NCBI GenBank assembly: GCA_030141605.1
Contig: JAQGDQ010001030.1
Coordinates: 1 to 64,000 of the forward strand
DNA from: Tubiluchus corallicola
Taxonomy: Eukaryota > Animalia > Priapulida
Length of the DNA stretch: 64,000 bases
Direction of reading: 5' to 3'
The notes beneath the pieces are model-generated. The model ran no database searches and was not told the origin of the DNA. It saw only the letters and a list, made by a program, of their open reading frames with translations. This document shows positions 31,306 through 42,510 of the stretch, one piece after another. Both the position numbers and the translations under genes were made by a program. Positions within the stretch are counted from its first letter, which is position 1; each line of letters opens with the position of its first letter.

Positions 31306-32385
31306 ATGATGAATAATACATTTGGGCAGATATTCAGGATCACATCGTTTGGAGAGTCCCATGGCTCTGCAATTGGAGGCGTTATTGACGGATGTCCTGC
31401 GGGACTGAAAATAGACACAAAGCATGTTCAAGCTGAGCTTAACCGTCGCAAACCTGGGCAGTCACATATTACCACACAAAGAAAAGAGGTAGATGAGGTA
31501 GAATTTCTTTCAGGTATCTTTGAAAAAAAAACTACAGGAACTCCCATTGGGTTTATTGTCCGTAATAAGGATTACCGTTCCGACGACTACAGTAGTATAA
31601 AAAATGTTTATCGTCCTTCTCACGCCGACTACACATATAGCAAAAAGTATGGAATACGCGATTATCGCGGAGGAGGAAGGTCTTCAGCAAGAGAAACCAT
31701 ATCCAGGGTTGTGGCCGGTTCTGTTGCGAAGCAACTGCTACACAGGCAAGGTGTAAGTGTTGAGGCTTTTGTTTCACAGGTGGGAAATATAACCCTGAAA
31801 AAAGGGTATAACGAACTGGACCTTAGTAGCACAGACAAGAATATAGTCAGATGTCCTGATTCTGCTACAGCAGAAAAAATGATTGCTCGTATAGAAGAGG
31901 CAAAACGCAATCAAGATACTGTAGGCGGAGTTATTACAGGTGTTGCCAAAGGCATTCCCGCCGGATGGGGCGAGCCTGTATTTAATAAACTACATGCCTG
32001 CATCGGTTATGCTATGCTAGGGATAAATGCAGTAAAAGGCTTTGAGTATGGTTCAGGATTTGAAGGGACAAAGCTGCCAGGCTTTAAGCACAATGATATA
32101 TTTGTAAAAAGTGATGGTAAGATAAGAACAAAAACGAATCATTCGGGAGGAATACAGGGAGGTATATCAAACGGAGAAGACATATACTGGAAAGTAGCAT
32201 TTAAACCTATTGCTACCTTACTGAAAGAGCAGCCAACTATTGACACAAATGGTAGTGATACAGTAATAAATCCTGCGGGAAGGCATGACCCATGCGTATT
32301 ACCGCGTGCTGTACCAGTAGTTGAAGCAATGGCTGCCATTGTATTGGCAGATCATTTTTTGCTAAATAGATTAGCACAGCTGTAA
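31306..32385 (+). CDS. aroC: Chorismate synthase
   Basis: [30 protein letters not shown]. Confidence 0.98.
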   Translation: MMNNTFGQIFRITSFGESHGSAIGGVIDGCPAGLKIDTKHVQAELNRRKPGQSHITTQRKEVDEVEFLSGIFEKKTTGTPIGFIVRNKDYRSDDYSSIKNVYRPSHADYTYSKKYGIRDYRGGGRSSARETISRVVAGSVAKQLLHRQGVSVEAFVSQVGNITLKKGYNELDLSSTDKNIVRCPDSATAEKMIARIEEAKRNQDTVGGVITGVAKGIPAGWGEPVFNKLHACIGYAMLGINAVKGFEYGSGFEGTKLPGFKHNDIFVKSDGKIRTKTNHSGGIQGGISNGEDIYWKVAFKPIATLLKEQPTIDTNGSDTVINPAGRHDPCVLPRAVPVVEAMAAIVLADHFLLNRLAQL

Positions 32386-32457
32386 GGATTGGAAGGCAAA
32401 ATAAAAGATAACAGGTAGATTTTGTTATATTTACAACTCTATTAATCTTATTAAACT

Positions 32458-32634
32458 ATGGAATCAACAGAAATTATTCTTAAGGCAATGGCTGAAGCCG
32501 GGAAGCCGTTGAAAGGCGGCGAGATTGCTGCGGCATCTGGACTAGATAAGAAAGATGTCGACAAAGCTATTAAACAGTTAAAAGCAGACGGTAGAATTGT
32601 CTCACCTAAGCGCTGCTTTTATGCACCAGCGTAA
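32458..32634 (+). CDS. 58-aa stand-alone winged-helix protein (not in the ORF track)
   Basis: Translated by hand: MESTEIILKAMAEAGKPLKGGEIAAASGLDKKDVDKAIKQLKADGRIVSPKRCFYAPA*. A-rich leader; HTH pattern. Confidence 0.8.
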   Translation: MESTEIILKAMAEAGKPLKGGEIAAASGLDKKDVDKAIKQLKADGRIVSPKRCFYAPA

Positions 32635-33056
32635 AAATTTTTAAAGAAAAAGGGATTGCGGATAATTTGAAGTAAAATGCAGATGTCACGCGCTCCCTTT
32701 TATTGTATTATCGTGGCAAACAGGGATTTTTATGCAATTGTCACATATATCCACTTGACAACAAGGTCTTTATAAAACCCACCTTCCCGTTAATATTTTC
32801 GTCAAAACTCTCACTCTTCACTTACATCAGCAAATTATATTTTTTGCCAAACTTTTCCTCAATTTGAGTCAAGATCTCATCTTGCAAACATTTCGTAAGC
32901 ATACCTATTGCAAGACCTCTGTAAAAGAGAAGGCCGGATAAATTTTATTCGCCTGTAGTTTACGTTTGCTCTACTATTCCTATCTGTATAACTGTAACAA
33001 CTGTTTAAAGCTTTACAGATCGATTTTATAAACAGACATGGAGTGGAAAAGGCAGG

Positions 33057-34247
33057 TTAGTTTTTTACTGCTGCTATTCCCGGTAACTCTTTACCCTCAA
33101 GATACTCCAGCAGTGCCCCTCCGGCAGTCGAAATGTAGGAAACATTGTTGGCAAGGCCAAACTTGTTTACTGCTGCAACAGAGTCTCCACCTCCCACAAG
33201 CGAAAATGCACCTTTTTTTGTAGCCTCAGCGACAGCATCGCCAACAGCCTTTGTCCCAGTAGCAAATTTATCAATCTCAAAAACGCCAACCGGACCATTC
33301 CACAGGATAGTTTTCGACTCTTTTATTACTTTGTTAAATTTCTGAATGGTTTCCGGACCTACATCAAGGCCTTCCCATCCCTTATCAATTGAAGTAGAAG
33401 GAACTATCTTAGTGTTAGCATCTTCCGCAAACGCATCAGCCTCAATGACATCAACAGCAAAATGTAACTCTACACCTTTCTTAGCAGCTTTTTCTATTAT
33501 ATCTTTTGCAAGCCCAATATACTCGTCTTCACAAATAGAGTTTCCAATACTACCTCCTTGTGATTTAACAAATGTATATGTCATCCCGCCTCCAATAATA
33601 AGGTGGTCTACAATATTAAGCAGATTTTCGATGATCGTTATTTTAGATGACACTTTAGACCCTCCCATTATTGCTGTAAATGGGCGACTTGGATTTTGCA
33701 TTACTTTATCGAGACTTTTAACTTCACCGCTTACCAAGTGTCCAAACATTCTGTCTTTGGGGAAAAAACGTGATATAACAGCTGTAGATGCGTGCGCCCG
33801 ATGCGCAGTCCCAAATGCATCATTGACCCAACAGTCCCCAAGCTTTGCAATATGCTCTGCAAAAGTTATATCACCATTTTTTTCTTCTGCATGAAAGCGA
33901 AGATTCTCAAGTACCAGTACATCTCCCGGCTGAAGGGAAGAAGCTATCTTTTCTGTCTCTTCACCAACACAATCAGGCGCTATTTGAACCCTGGCTCCAT
34001 CCAGTAGCTTCGATAAATGTTTAACAACATGCTTTAATGAAAATTTATCATCTCTCCCTTTGGGGCGCCCAAGATGGGACATAATAATAGGCATGCCACC
34101 CTTTTCAATAACTGCCTTAATTGTTGGAAGCGCTGCACGCATGCGTGTATCATCGGTGATTTTTAAGTTCTCATCCAGAGGAACATTAAAGTCTACGCGA
34201 ATAAGCGCTCGTTTTCCTGAAAAATTATAAGTGTCTAACGTTTGCAT
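33057..34247 (-). CDS. pgk: Phosphoglycerate kinase
   Basis: [39 protein letters not shown]; likely start MQTLD at 34247. Confidence 0.98.
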   Translation of the reverse strand: MQTLDTYNFSGKRALIRVDFNVPLDENLKITDDTRMRAALPTIKAVIEKGGMPIIMSHLGRPKGRDDKFSLKHVVKHLSKLLDGARVQIAPDCVGEETEKIASSLQPGDVLVLENLRFHAEEKNGDITFAEHIAKLGDCWVNDAFGTAHRAHASTAVISRFFPKDRMFGHLVSGEVKSLDKVMQNPSRPFTAIMGGSKVSSKITIIENLLNIVDHLIIGGGMTYTFVKSQGGSIGNSICEDEYIGLAKDIIEKAAKKGVELHFAVDVIEADAFAEDANTKIVPSTSIDKGWEGLDVGPETIQKFNKVIKESKTILWNGPVGVFEIDKFATGTKAVGDAVAEATKKGAFSLVGGGDSVAAVNKFGLANNVSYISTAGGALLEYLEGKELPGIAAVKN

Positions 34248-34513
34248 TTTTTTATTTGATGTTAAAAATATATAGCACAAAATCTTTTCAAACTTACACA
34301 AAATACAGCAATCACGCATAAAATAAGCGAAAAATAAAGAGAGAGAAACAAGTCCAAGAACAATGCATTCTCTAGGTGTATTTAACTACTATTTTTAAGA
34401 GTAAATGTATAAGCGTTAAATTGGTTTTATTTTATTGCTAAAGAAGTCCTTTATTTTACTATTTTTGCCTAGCGATTTTTTAGAAGGGTATAATAGAATT
34501 AAATTGTATATAG

Positions 34514-37009
34514 ATGACTGAAGAAGAAAGAGTTGTGAAAATAAATATTGAAGAGCAGATGAAATCTGCCTATATCGATTACTCGATGTCTGTCATTGTT
34601 TCCAGGGCTCTTCCCGATGTTCGTGACGGGTTAAAGCCGGTACATCGAAGGGTATTATTCGGTATGGGTGAGCTGGGCACTTATTCAAACAGACCATACA
34701 AAAAGTCTGCAAGAATAGTGGGGGAGGTGCTTGGTAAGTACCATCCCCATGGGGATTCGTCTGTTTATCTTGCAATGGTCAGAATGGCTCAAAATTGGTC
34801 GTTAAGGTATCCTTTGATTGATGGACAGGGTAATTTCGGCTCTGTTGATGGAGATAGTCCGGCAGCAATGAGATACACAGAAGCCAGACTCAAAAAAATT
34901 GCAGAGGAGACTCTCTCTGATCTTGATAAAGACACAGTAGATTACCAGCCAAACTTTGATGAGTCACTACTGGAACCTGTTGTCTTACCAACAAAATTTC
35001 CAAGCCTCATTGTTAATGGTGCTTCAGGTATTGCAGTAGGTATGGCAACCAATATGCCACCCCACAACCTGTCAGACTCTATTGACGCTATTACTGCTTA
35101 TATCAATAATCCTGACATTGGAATAGATGAACTGATAGAGATAGTTCAAGCTCCTGACTTTCCCACCGGCGGTATAATATATGGCTATAGTGGAGTGAGA
35201 GAAGCGCTGGAGACTGGACGGGGGAGGGTAGTACTGCGTGGACGTGCTGAGATAGAGGCCACTGCGCAAGGTAGAGAAAAGCTTATAATCTCGGAAATAC
35301 CATACCTTGTTAATAAAGCTGAGTTGATAATGAAAATAGCTGATCTTGTCAACGAAAAGAAGATAGAGGGAATTGCTAACGTAAATGACGAGTCAGACAG
35401 GTCCGGAATGCGTATTGTTGTTGATGTAAAACGCGATGACATGGCCAGTGTGGTACTGAATAAACTGTACAAGTTTACGCCACTGCAAACATCTTTCAGT
35501 GTTAACAATATAGCGCTTGTGAAAGGGCGCCCCAAGTTGTTAAACTTTCGTGATCTGGTATACAACTTTGTAGAGCACCGCCACGAAGTTGTTGTCCGCA
35601 GAACAAAGTTTCAACTGGATCAGGCGGAGAAGAAAGCTCATATACTGAGAGGGTTAATTATAGCTATTGACAACCTGGATGCAGTAATAACATTAATCAG
35701 GGCATCAAAAACCCCTGAAGATGCAAAGAATGGGCTAATCAATGATTTCGAGTTGGATGAGGTACAGGCAAAAGCAATACTAGATATGCGCCTTCAGAAG
35801 CTTACCGGCCTTGAGCGTAATAAACTTCACGGTGAATACAAGGAGCTGTGCAAACATATTGACTGGCTAAAGGAGATACTTGCAGACAAGCCAACAAGGA
35901 TGAATATTATAAAGGATGAACTGAAAGAGATAAAAGAGAGGTATGGAGACAAGAGGAAGACAGAAATAGTTCACTCTGCGGAGGAGTTCAATCCTGAGGA
36001 TTTCTATGCGGATGAAGAGATGGTGATTACAATCTCCCAGATGGGATATATAAAACGTACACCTTTGGGCGAGTTCCGTACTCAGTCTAGAGGAGGCACA
36101 GGCTCCAGGGGTTCAACAACACGTGATGAAGATTTTCTGAGACATATGTTCATTGCCAGCATGCATAACACCTTGCTGTTTTTTACAAAAAAAGGAAAAT
36201 GCTTCTGGCTTAAAGTTTATGAAATACCAGAAGGTGCGAAAACATCAAAAGGGCGCGCCATACAGAATATGCTAAATATTGAGCCGGATGATAAGGTAAA
36301 AGCGCATATAAACGTTAACAGCCTTAATGATCAGGAGTACATAAATAATAATTTTATAGTTCTGTGTACCAAAAAAGGCATAATTAAAAAGACCTCACTA
36401 GAAGCCTATTCTCGCCCACGTCAGAACGGAGTGAACGCTATTACAATACGCGAAAATGATCAGCTTCTTGAGGCCAGGCTTACTAATGGGAACAATGATA
36501 TTCTGATGGCTGTCCGATCTGGCAAAGCCATACGGTTTCACGAAAGCAAAGTGCGACCTATAGGACGTACCGGGGCAGGAGTACGAGGTATAAGCTTAGA
36601 CAGTGAAACCGACGAGCTAGTAGGTATGATTTGCGTGGAGGATGAGCAGGACGACGTTTTGGTGGTATCTGAGAATGGATTTGGAAAGCGCTCTAAGACA
36701 GCTGACTATCGCATTACCAACAGAGGAGGAAAGGGTGTAAAAACCATGAATATTACTGATAAGACAGGGGCTTTAGTGGCAATTAAGAATGTGCTTGACA
36801 CCAATGACCTAATGATAATTACCCAGTCTGGTGTAGCAATACGCGTTCCTGTAGGCACCATTAGGATGACCGGCAGAGCCGCTCAGGGGGTAAAACTTAT
36901 CAACCTTAAAGATCAGGAATCCATAGCATCGGTTGCCAGGGTGGAAAATCAAAATAATGGAAATGACGATAATGATAATAAAGAAGAGAAAGAGCAGAGT
37001 GACAACTAG
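34514..37009 (+). CDS. gyrA: DNA gyrase subunit A
   Basis: [29 protein letters not shown], GyrA-box QSRGGTG, beta-pinwheel repeats. Confidence 0.97.
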   Translation: MTEEERVVKINIEEQMKSAYIDYSMSVIVSRALPDVRDGLKPVHRRVLFGMGELGTYSNRPYKKSARIVGEVLGKYHPHGDSSVYLAMVRMAQNWSLRYPLIDGQGNFGSVDGDSPAAMRYTEARLKKIAEETLSDLDKDTVDYQPNFDESLLEPVVLPTKFPSLIVNGASGIAVGMATNMPPHNLSDSIDAITAYINNPDIGIDELIEIVQAPDFPTGGIIYGYSGVREALETGRGRVVLRGRAEIEATAQGREKLIISEIPYLVNKAELIMKIADLVNEKKIEGIANVNDESDRSGMRIVVDVKRDDMASVVLNKLYKFTPLQTSFSVNNIALVKGRPKLLNFRDLVYNFVEHRHEVVVRRTKFQLDQAEKKAHILRGLIIAIDNLDAVITLIRASKTPEDAKNGLINDFELDEVQAKAILDMRLQKLTGLERNKLHGEYKELCKHIDWLKEILADKPTRMNIIKDELKEIKERYGDKRKTEIVHSAEEFNPEDFYADEEMVITISQMGYIKRTPLGEFRTQSRGGTGSRGSTTRDEDFLRHMFIASMHNTLLFFTKKGKCFWLKVYEIPEGAKTSKGRAIQNMLNIEPDDKVKAHINVNSLNDQEYINNNFIVLCTKKGIIKKTSLEAYSRPRQNGVNAITIRENDQLLEARLTNGNNDILMAVRSGKAIRFHESKVRPIGRTGAGVRGISLDSETDELVGMICVEDEQDDVLVVSENGFGKRSKTADYRITNRGGKGVKTMNITDKTGALVAIKNVLDTNDLMIITQSGVAIRVPVGTIRMTGRAAQGVKLINLKDQESIASVARVENQNNGNDDNDNKEEKEQSDN

Positions 37010-37181
37010 ATACAAGAAAATGAAAATAACAGTTAAAGTAGCATAGGTTGTACGAGACTCAAAAATATCATTATCTTTGAGTGAGATACGACAAAGAAGA
37101 GATGCTGGCTTATGCCTGTACTTTATTTTCATAAATTTTTAGTGAATATTTTACCTTGATAAACTATACATAATAATTAAA

Positions 37182-38363
37182 ATGAATACGAAAAAGTTAT
37201 CAATTACACTCATCTTGCTATTTGCCTGTGTAATAACCCTATATGCCCAAAAAGGGAAGGTGAACAGCGCTGCAAATTATAAAAATGAAGGTAAGCTTGA
37301 TAAAGCATTTGAAGCTATCGAAGAGGCTGTAAACCCAAACAACCCCAAGTCTGAAAAATCTATACCTTGGGCAAGAACATGGGAAGTAAGAGGCGAGATA
37401 TTTAAAGCCATCTACACTACAAAAAATAAAGCCTATCAGAAACTTAGTGAGAATCCTCTGGATGAATCGTATAAGTCATTTATGAAGGCTATGGAGCTTG
37501 ACATAAAAGGAAGGAATAAGGGCACTCTGAAAACAAGCCTCATTTTTCTTAGTCAGGATCTGACACAGGCAGCCATAAAAGCATATGAAAGTGAGGACTT
37601 TGTTACAGCAACCAAGTATTTTGAAAATATACTTGCAATCAATTCATCACCTCTTTTTAAGGAGGATATACCTGTTGATACTGTGATAATGTACAACACC
37701 GGTATAGCTGCAGCAAATGCCAAGTTGCATGAAAAGGCAATAGACTACTTTGAGAAGTGTATAACCTATGATTATAACGGGGGAGCCTCGTATGGACAAA
37801 TAATATCTATTTATCAGGAGATGGGAGATACTCTGAAGTCGGTGGATAAAATGAAGGAGGGGTTTGAGAGATATCCTGAAAATCAGTCGATACTTGTGAC
37901 ACTCATCAACTATTATATCACTACAAAACAGTCTGAAGAAGCAATAGACTACCTTGACAAAGCGATAGAAAAAGAATCGAATAACCCCACATTTTATTTT
38001 GCCAAAGGGGTAGCCCTGGATCAGCTCGGACGTTCTGAGGATGCGCTAGAAGCGTATAAAAAAGCTACTGAGGTCAATCCTGAGTTTGCCGACTCATACT
38101 ATAACATAGGTGTGGTTTATTATAACCGCGGAGTTAATAAACTTGAAGAAGCAAATAATATTCCTACAAGTGAGCAAAAAAGGTATGAAGAAGAGAAAGC
38201 CAAAGCTGATGAAGAGTTTAAGAAAGCAATTCCATTTATGGAGAAAGCTAGCGAACTGAGTCCTTCTGATACTTATATTATGGATCACTTGAAAAACCTG
38301 TACTATAGATTGGGTATGATGGACAAGTTCGAGGCAATTCAGGAAAAGATGAATGCTGAATAA
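37182..38363 (+). CDS. Secreted TPR protein downstream of gyrA
   Basis: Signal peptide (AQK), multiple TPRs. Confidence 0.88.
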   Translation: MNTKKLSITLILLFACVITLYAQKGKVNSAANYKNEGKLDKAFEAIEEAVNPNNPKSEKSIPWARTWEVRGEIFKAIYTTKNKAYQKLSENPLDESYKSFMKAMELDIKGRNKGTLKTSLIFLSQDLTQAAIKAYESEDFVTATKYFENILAINSSPLFKEDIPVDTVIMYNTGIAAANAKLHEKAIDYFEKCITYDYNGGASYGQIISIYQEMGDTLKSVDKMKEGFERYPENQSILVTLINYYITTKQSEEAIDYLDKAIEKESNNPTFYFAKGVALDQLGRSEDALEAYKKATEVNPEFADSYYNIGVVYYNRGVNKLEEANNIPTSEQKRYEEEKAKADEEFKKAIPFMEKASELSPSDTYIMDHLKNLYYRLGMMDKFEAIQEKMNAE

Positions 38364-38596
38364 ATCTACAGACACACATTAAACTTGCAGAAAAGAGGGG
38401 GTAAGCCTTTTAAAGAGGCTCTTCAGAATACACATCAATCTTATTAATCATAATATCAATTATAAGACAACCGTATACATAGAATGATACAGTTTATTTG
38501 CATTTCTAAGTGCTTAATCTATAGTCGTCTTCATGTGAATTCTGCAATATACGACTCTCAAGGAGTTAAAGTAAGAATAAAAAATCCTGCTAGTAT

Positions 38597-39070
38597 TTAA
38601 TCCATGTCTACAGATCGTTTAGTATAATCACTATAATCTTTGACTATCGGCCTATACTTTTTATGGAACAAGTGAGACGAAATAATAAAATCTGCTGTTG
38701 AGCGATTGGAAGCTATAGGTACATTATATAGCACCGCAATGCGAAGCAACGCTTTTACATCAACATCATGCGGTTGTGGCTGCATTGGATCCCAGAAGAA
38801 TACAAGGATGTCCACTTTTCCGTTGCAGATCATCGAACCAAGCTGTTGATCTCCCCCTAAAGGCCCGGACTTTAAGCGTGTTAACTCAGGGGGAACTGCA
38901 TCATTTTCTTCACATTTCTTTCCCATCGCCTCTTTAACCATTTTTCCTGTGGTCCCGGTGCAAAGCAGATTGTGAGGCGCAAGATCTTTCCAGTTAAGGC
39001 AGACCCAATTAATAATATCTTTTTTACGATTATCGTGCGCAACTATTGCAATATTTTTTTTTTGTTTCAT
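38597..39070 (-). CDS. mgsA: Methylglyoxal synthase
   Basis: AHDNRK, TGTTG, SGPLGGDQQ, PHDVDVKALLR. Confidence 0.97.
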   Translation of the reverse strand: MKQKKNIAIVAHDNRKKDIINWVCLNWKDLAPHNLLCTGTTGKMVKEAMGKKCEENDAVPPELTRLKSGPLGGDQQLGSMICNGKVDILVFFWDPMQPQPHDVDVKALLRIAVLYNVPIASNRSTADFIISSHLFHKKYRPIVKDYSDYTKRSVDMD

Positions 39071-39308
39071 AAATCCTAATTGCTACTGTTATTGTATGTT
39101 CTTGCTCAAATATGTTAACTATCCTCCTTATTCTGCTCTATTTTACATTATTTTTTTGTGAAATTTACTGTTATATATTACTAACTAAAAGTTAAAAAAC
39201 TTTTTCACTATAGCAAAATTACACATTTTGAGTTAATTAGCACATATGTACTCCAAATCCTATGGCTTACATAGTAGTTTGTGATTACAATAGTAAACTA
39301 GACGGTAT

Positions 39309-40220
39309 TCACATTTGTAAACAACCAATAATATCGCCTACAGACATGACATTTTGTCGGTCAAGATAGGTGTTTATCCCTTCAATAATCTCTATTGAAG
39401 CAGCCGGATTTATAAAGTTTACAGTTCCAATCTGTACCGCCGATGCACCGGCAAGCAAAAATTCAACAGCATCAGTTGCATTTGCAATACCTCCCAGCCC
39501 AATAACAGGTATATCAACTACCTGGCATACCTGCCAAACCATTCTGAGAGCAATAGGCTTAATTGCTGGCCCCGACAGCCCCCCGACTACTGTTGAAAGA
39601 ACTGGGCGTCGCGTTTCTGCATTAACAGCCATACCCAAAACAGTATTAATAAGAGATATAGAGTCGGCACCGGCGAACTCCACAGCGCGGGCAATCTCAG
39701 AAATATCTGTTACATTTGGAGACAGCTTTACTATCAACGTCTTTTTGTAAACATTACGAACAGCTTTTACCACAGCTTCAGCCGAAGAGCAGCTGGTACC
39801 AAAAGCCATTCCCCCCTCTTTCACGTTGGGGCATGAGATATTCAACTCAATACCCGGTATAGCATCCAGCTCATTAATCCTTGAAGCGCACCCTACATAC
39901 TCTTCGATAGTAGCTCCGGAGACATTAACCAAAACGCTGGTGTTGAAATTCCTGACCGTCGGATATATATTTTTAGCAAAATACTCAACACCACCGTTTT
40001 GCAGTCCTACGGAGTTAAGCATGCCGGAAGGAGATTCTGCCATTCTAGGATAAGGATTTCCCTCTCTTGGGTGCAGAGTGGTACCTTTTACAATAATACC
40101 CCCTAGCTTTCCCGGATCGAAAAAATCTTCAAACTCCACTCCGGATCCAAACGTACCGGATGCAGTAAGGACAGGGTTCTTTAGTTCTAAGTTGTGGATT
40201 TTAACCTTTAAGTCTGCCAT
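39309..40220 (-). CDS. pyrD: Dihydroorotate dehydrogenase family 1B catalytic subunit
   Basis: [30 protein letters not shown]. Confidence 0.95.
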   Translation of the reverse strand: MADLKVKIHNLELKNPVLTASGTFGSGVEFEDFFDPGKLGGIIVKGTTLHPREGNPYPRMAESPSGMLNSVGLQNGGVEYFAKNIYPTVRNFNTSVLVNVSGATIEEYVGCASRINELDAIPGIELNISCPNVKEGGMAFGTSCSSAEAVVKAVRNVYKKTLIVKLSPNVTDISEIARAVEFAGADSISLINTVLGMAVNAETRRPVLSTVVGGLSGPAIKPIALRMVWQVCQVVDIPVIGLGGIANATDAVEFLLAGASAVQIGTVNFINPAASIEIIEGINTYLDRQNVMSVGDIIGCLQM

Positions 40221-40990
40221 TTAAGATAGTTTGAATTAAACACAGGCCCATCAGTACATACACATTTGTTACCATCAACGGTGTCGGCAACGCAGCAGAG
40301 GCAAACCCCAAATCCACACGCCATACTGTTTTCAAGTGAAACCTCACAGGGAAGTCCTGCCTCAGAGGCTCTGGCAACAACAGCTTTCATCATGGGTTCA
40401 GGCCCGCAGGTATACACCATATCAAAAGAGTCGAAATCAACCTTAAAAACCGAATGGTCTGTAACATACCCCCGTTCACCAGCCGTACCGTCCTCTGTTG
40501 TTATTAAAACAGTCCCCTGCTGCCTATACTTATCAACCTCAACCACTCCTTCGGCTGAAGCTGCACCCAGAAGGATAAAGATATTGTCAGTGTTATTCTG
40601 TTTGAGGGTTTGAGCTAGAAACAGGAGTGGCGCAACTCCACATCCTCCACCAACAAGAAGTACTTTTGCGTTATCTGCAGGCAAAGAGAAACCTGTGCCT
40701 AAAGGAAACACAACACTCAACATATCACCAACCACAGACTTTGACAATATAATTGTTCCGTCGCCTACTATCTTGATAAGTACACTTATGGTGTTATTAA
40801 TATAGTCTACTGAAAAAATGGAAAACGGCCTTCTTAAAAAGACAGATCGGGACTTATCAACTAAAATATTGACAAACTGCCCTGGCCTTATGTCGCTTAT
40901 TTTTATTTCCGGTTCTAACACCAGAAGGTGGTGGTCTCTGTTTAGCCTCTTACTCTCCCTAACTGTTAAATGCTGAACCAACTTTTTCAT
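40208..40990 (-). CDS. pyrK: Dihydroorotate dehydrogenase electron transfer subunit
   Basis: [31 protein letters not shown]...VCTDGPVF; overlaps pyrD. Confidence 0.95.
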   Translation of the reverse strand: MKKLVQHLTVRESKRLNRDHHLLVLEPEIKISDIRPGQFVNILVDKSRSVFLRRPFSIFSVDYINNTISVLIKIVGDGTIILSKSVVGDMLSVVFPLGTGFSLPADNAKVLLVGGGCGVAPLLFLAQTLKQNNTDNIFILLGAASAEGVVEVDKYRQQGTVLITTEDGTAGERGYVTDHSVFKVDFDSFDMVYTCGPEPMMKAVVARASEAGLPCEVSLENSMACGFGVCLCCVADTVDGNKCVCTDGPVFNSNYLKWQT

Positions 40991-41081
40991 TTGAAAAAAT
41001 AAAGATTTTCTGTAAAAGTATTAAAAAGTGGCGGGAAAAGCGAAAACAGCAGCAGGTCGATTGAATAGTTTAAACGTAGAA

Positions 41082-41483
41082 TTAGGATGACTTATACTCT
41101 GTAAACGATTGGTCGCTATAAAAAACAATAATGCGCTCAATTGCTCCCTTCTTTGACTGTAGCTCTTTATTCTCTTCCTGACCATCATCAGGTATAAAGG
41201 ATGCTGTATTTTCTGTGATTGCATAGCTCCTCTGTTTTCCCCCGTAAAAGCGGCTGGAAGCTACAGAGTGTGACTGTTGGTACATGTCCCCCTCTCCCAA
41301 CATTAACCATCTGGGATTAACATTAGTAAAGGTTTTAAGGATCTTCGTTATAAACGATGCACTGGGATAATTGCGACCATTTAATACATGTGAAACACTT
41401 GAACGCTGTACCCCTATTTTATCAGCAAACTCTGTGGGCGACAACTTCTCCTTTTCCAAAAAGGAGTTAATCCTGTTCTTCAT
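41082..41483 (-). CDS. XRE/Cro-family helix-turn-helix regulator
   Basis: FADKIGVQRSSVSHVLNGRN..S, WLMLGEG, C-terminal IERIIVFYSDQSF. Confidence 0.9.
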   Translation of the reverse strand: MKNRINSFLEKEKLSPTEFADKIGVQRSSVSHVLNGRNYPSASFITKILKTFTNVNPRWLMLGEGDMYQQSHSVASSRFYGGKQRSYAITENTASFIPDDGQEENKELQSKKGAIERIIVFYSDQSFTEYKSS

Positions 41484-41567
41484 AACTGATTAAAAGCATC
41501 TTATTAAACACACCTTCTCTTTTTATTCACAATTTAACGGCTGAATAGAAGAACAAAAATAGAAACT

Positions 41568-42180
41568 TTTCAAATGTAAACAAGCTATTAAAAGATAAAT
41601 AACACTCTGTGTTCAATTTTGTGAAATAATACAGCGTCATGCATTACAATTGTATTGTGGCGCCTACGCCAATAGTAACCATTTTTAAAAACAGTGGCAA
41701 GATGAAATTAAATCACTATTAACTAGTCAATTACATGATAAGTAAGGGTGAGTGGTCGTTGAAACTCTCTCAATTTACTTGCTCTATCCCATTTCATAAA
41801 CTAAAATCTATACCTACATAGTTTTTATAAAGCCTATAGCTACTACTATTTATAAAGCTTACAACTGAAAAGTAAGCACTCTGAAGTATTTAACAAACTC
41901 TACAATAGGGGATGATAATACAATAGCTTAAATAAATTATTTGCTAAATAACATTATACACTTATTAATCAGGTGTTTATATATGGATTAATGTAATTTT
42001 GCCAATCACGCACTACAAAAGTAACTTATTTATTAAATAAAAAATGCACCTAATTTATATAACTATCTGATAATGTCTACAGTAATCTGTGATTATTTAA
42101 AATAATGTTTAGTATACAAATGTATCAAACATATGTAATCAGTGCTTTATATTTGTTATACGTACTGGTTACTTATGTAA
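41568..42180. promoter_or_regulatory. Array of TTACAWWTGTAA-like palindromes
   Basis: Copies at 41568, 41644, 42013, 42114, 42127 and 42169. Confidence 0.55.
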
Positions 42181-42510
42181 TTTGTAAAATATTTGAGTGG
42201 GAAATGTAAAATGGGATACTGTTGCGTCAATCTATTTTGTCAAAACCCTTATTTATATCGGTAAACTGTAGCTTACCGCCTGACTTTTTCTTAATCTGAG
42301 TCAAAATCTTTCTTCACCACCTTGTGTAATGGACTCAAAGCGCTAAATACTTTAAAAAACAACCCTTTTTAGTCCGGATGTTTCACAGAATCTCCCCCCC
42401 AATCCAATCCAAGCCGGAGTTTTTGTCTTGTAAAGCGTTAGCTTTTCATGTAAAAACAATAGAGTCTACCCCACCACCCTGCTCTGCTGCTGCCACTGAG
42501 AAACGACTGT

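Noticed and set aside
38413-38560. Possible MITE with a GAGGCTCTTCAGAAT left end
   Set aside because: The right end matches poorly; no target duplication or second copy seen.
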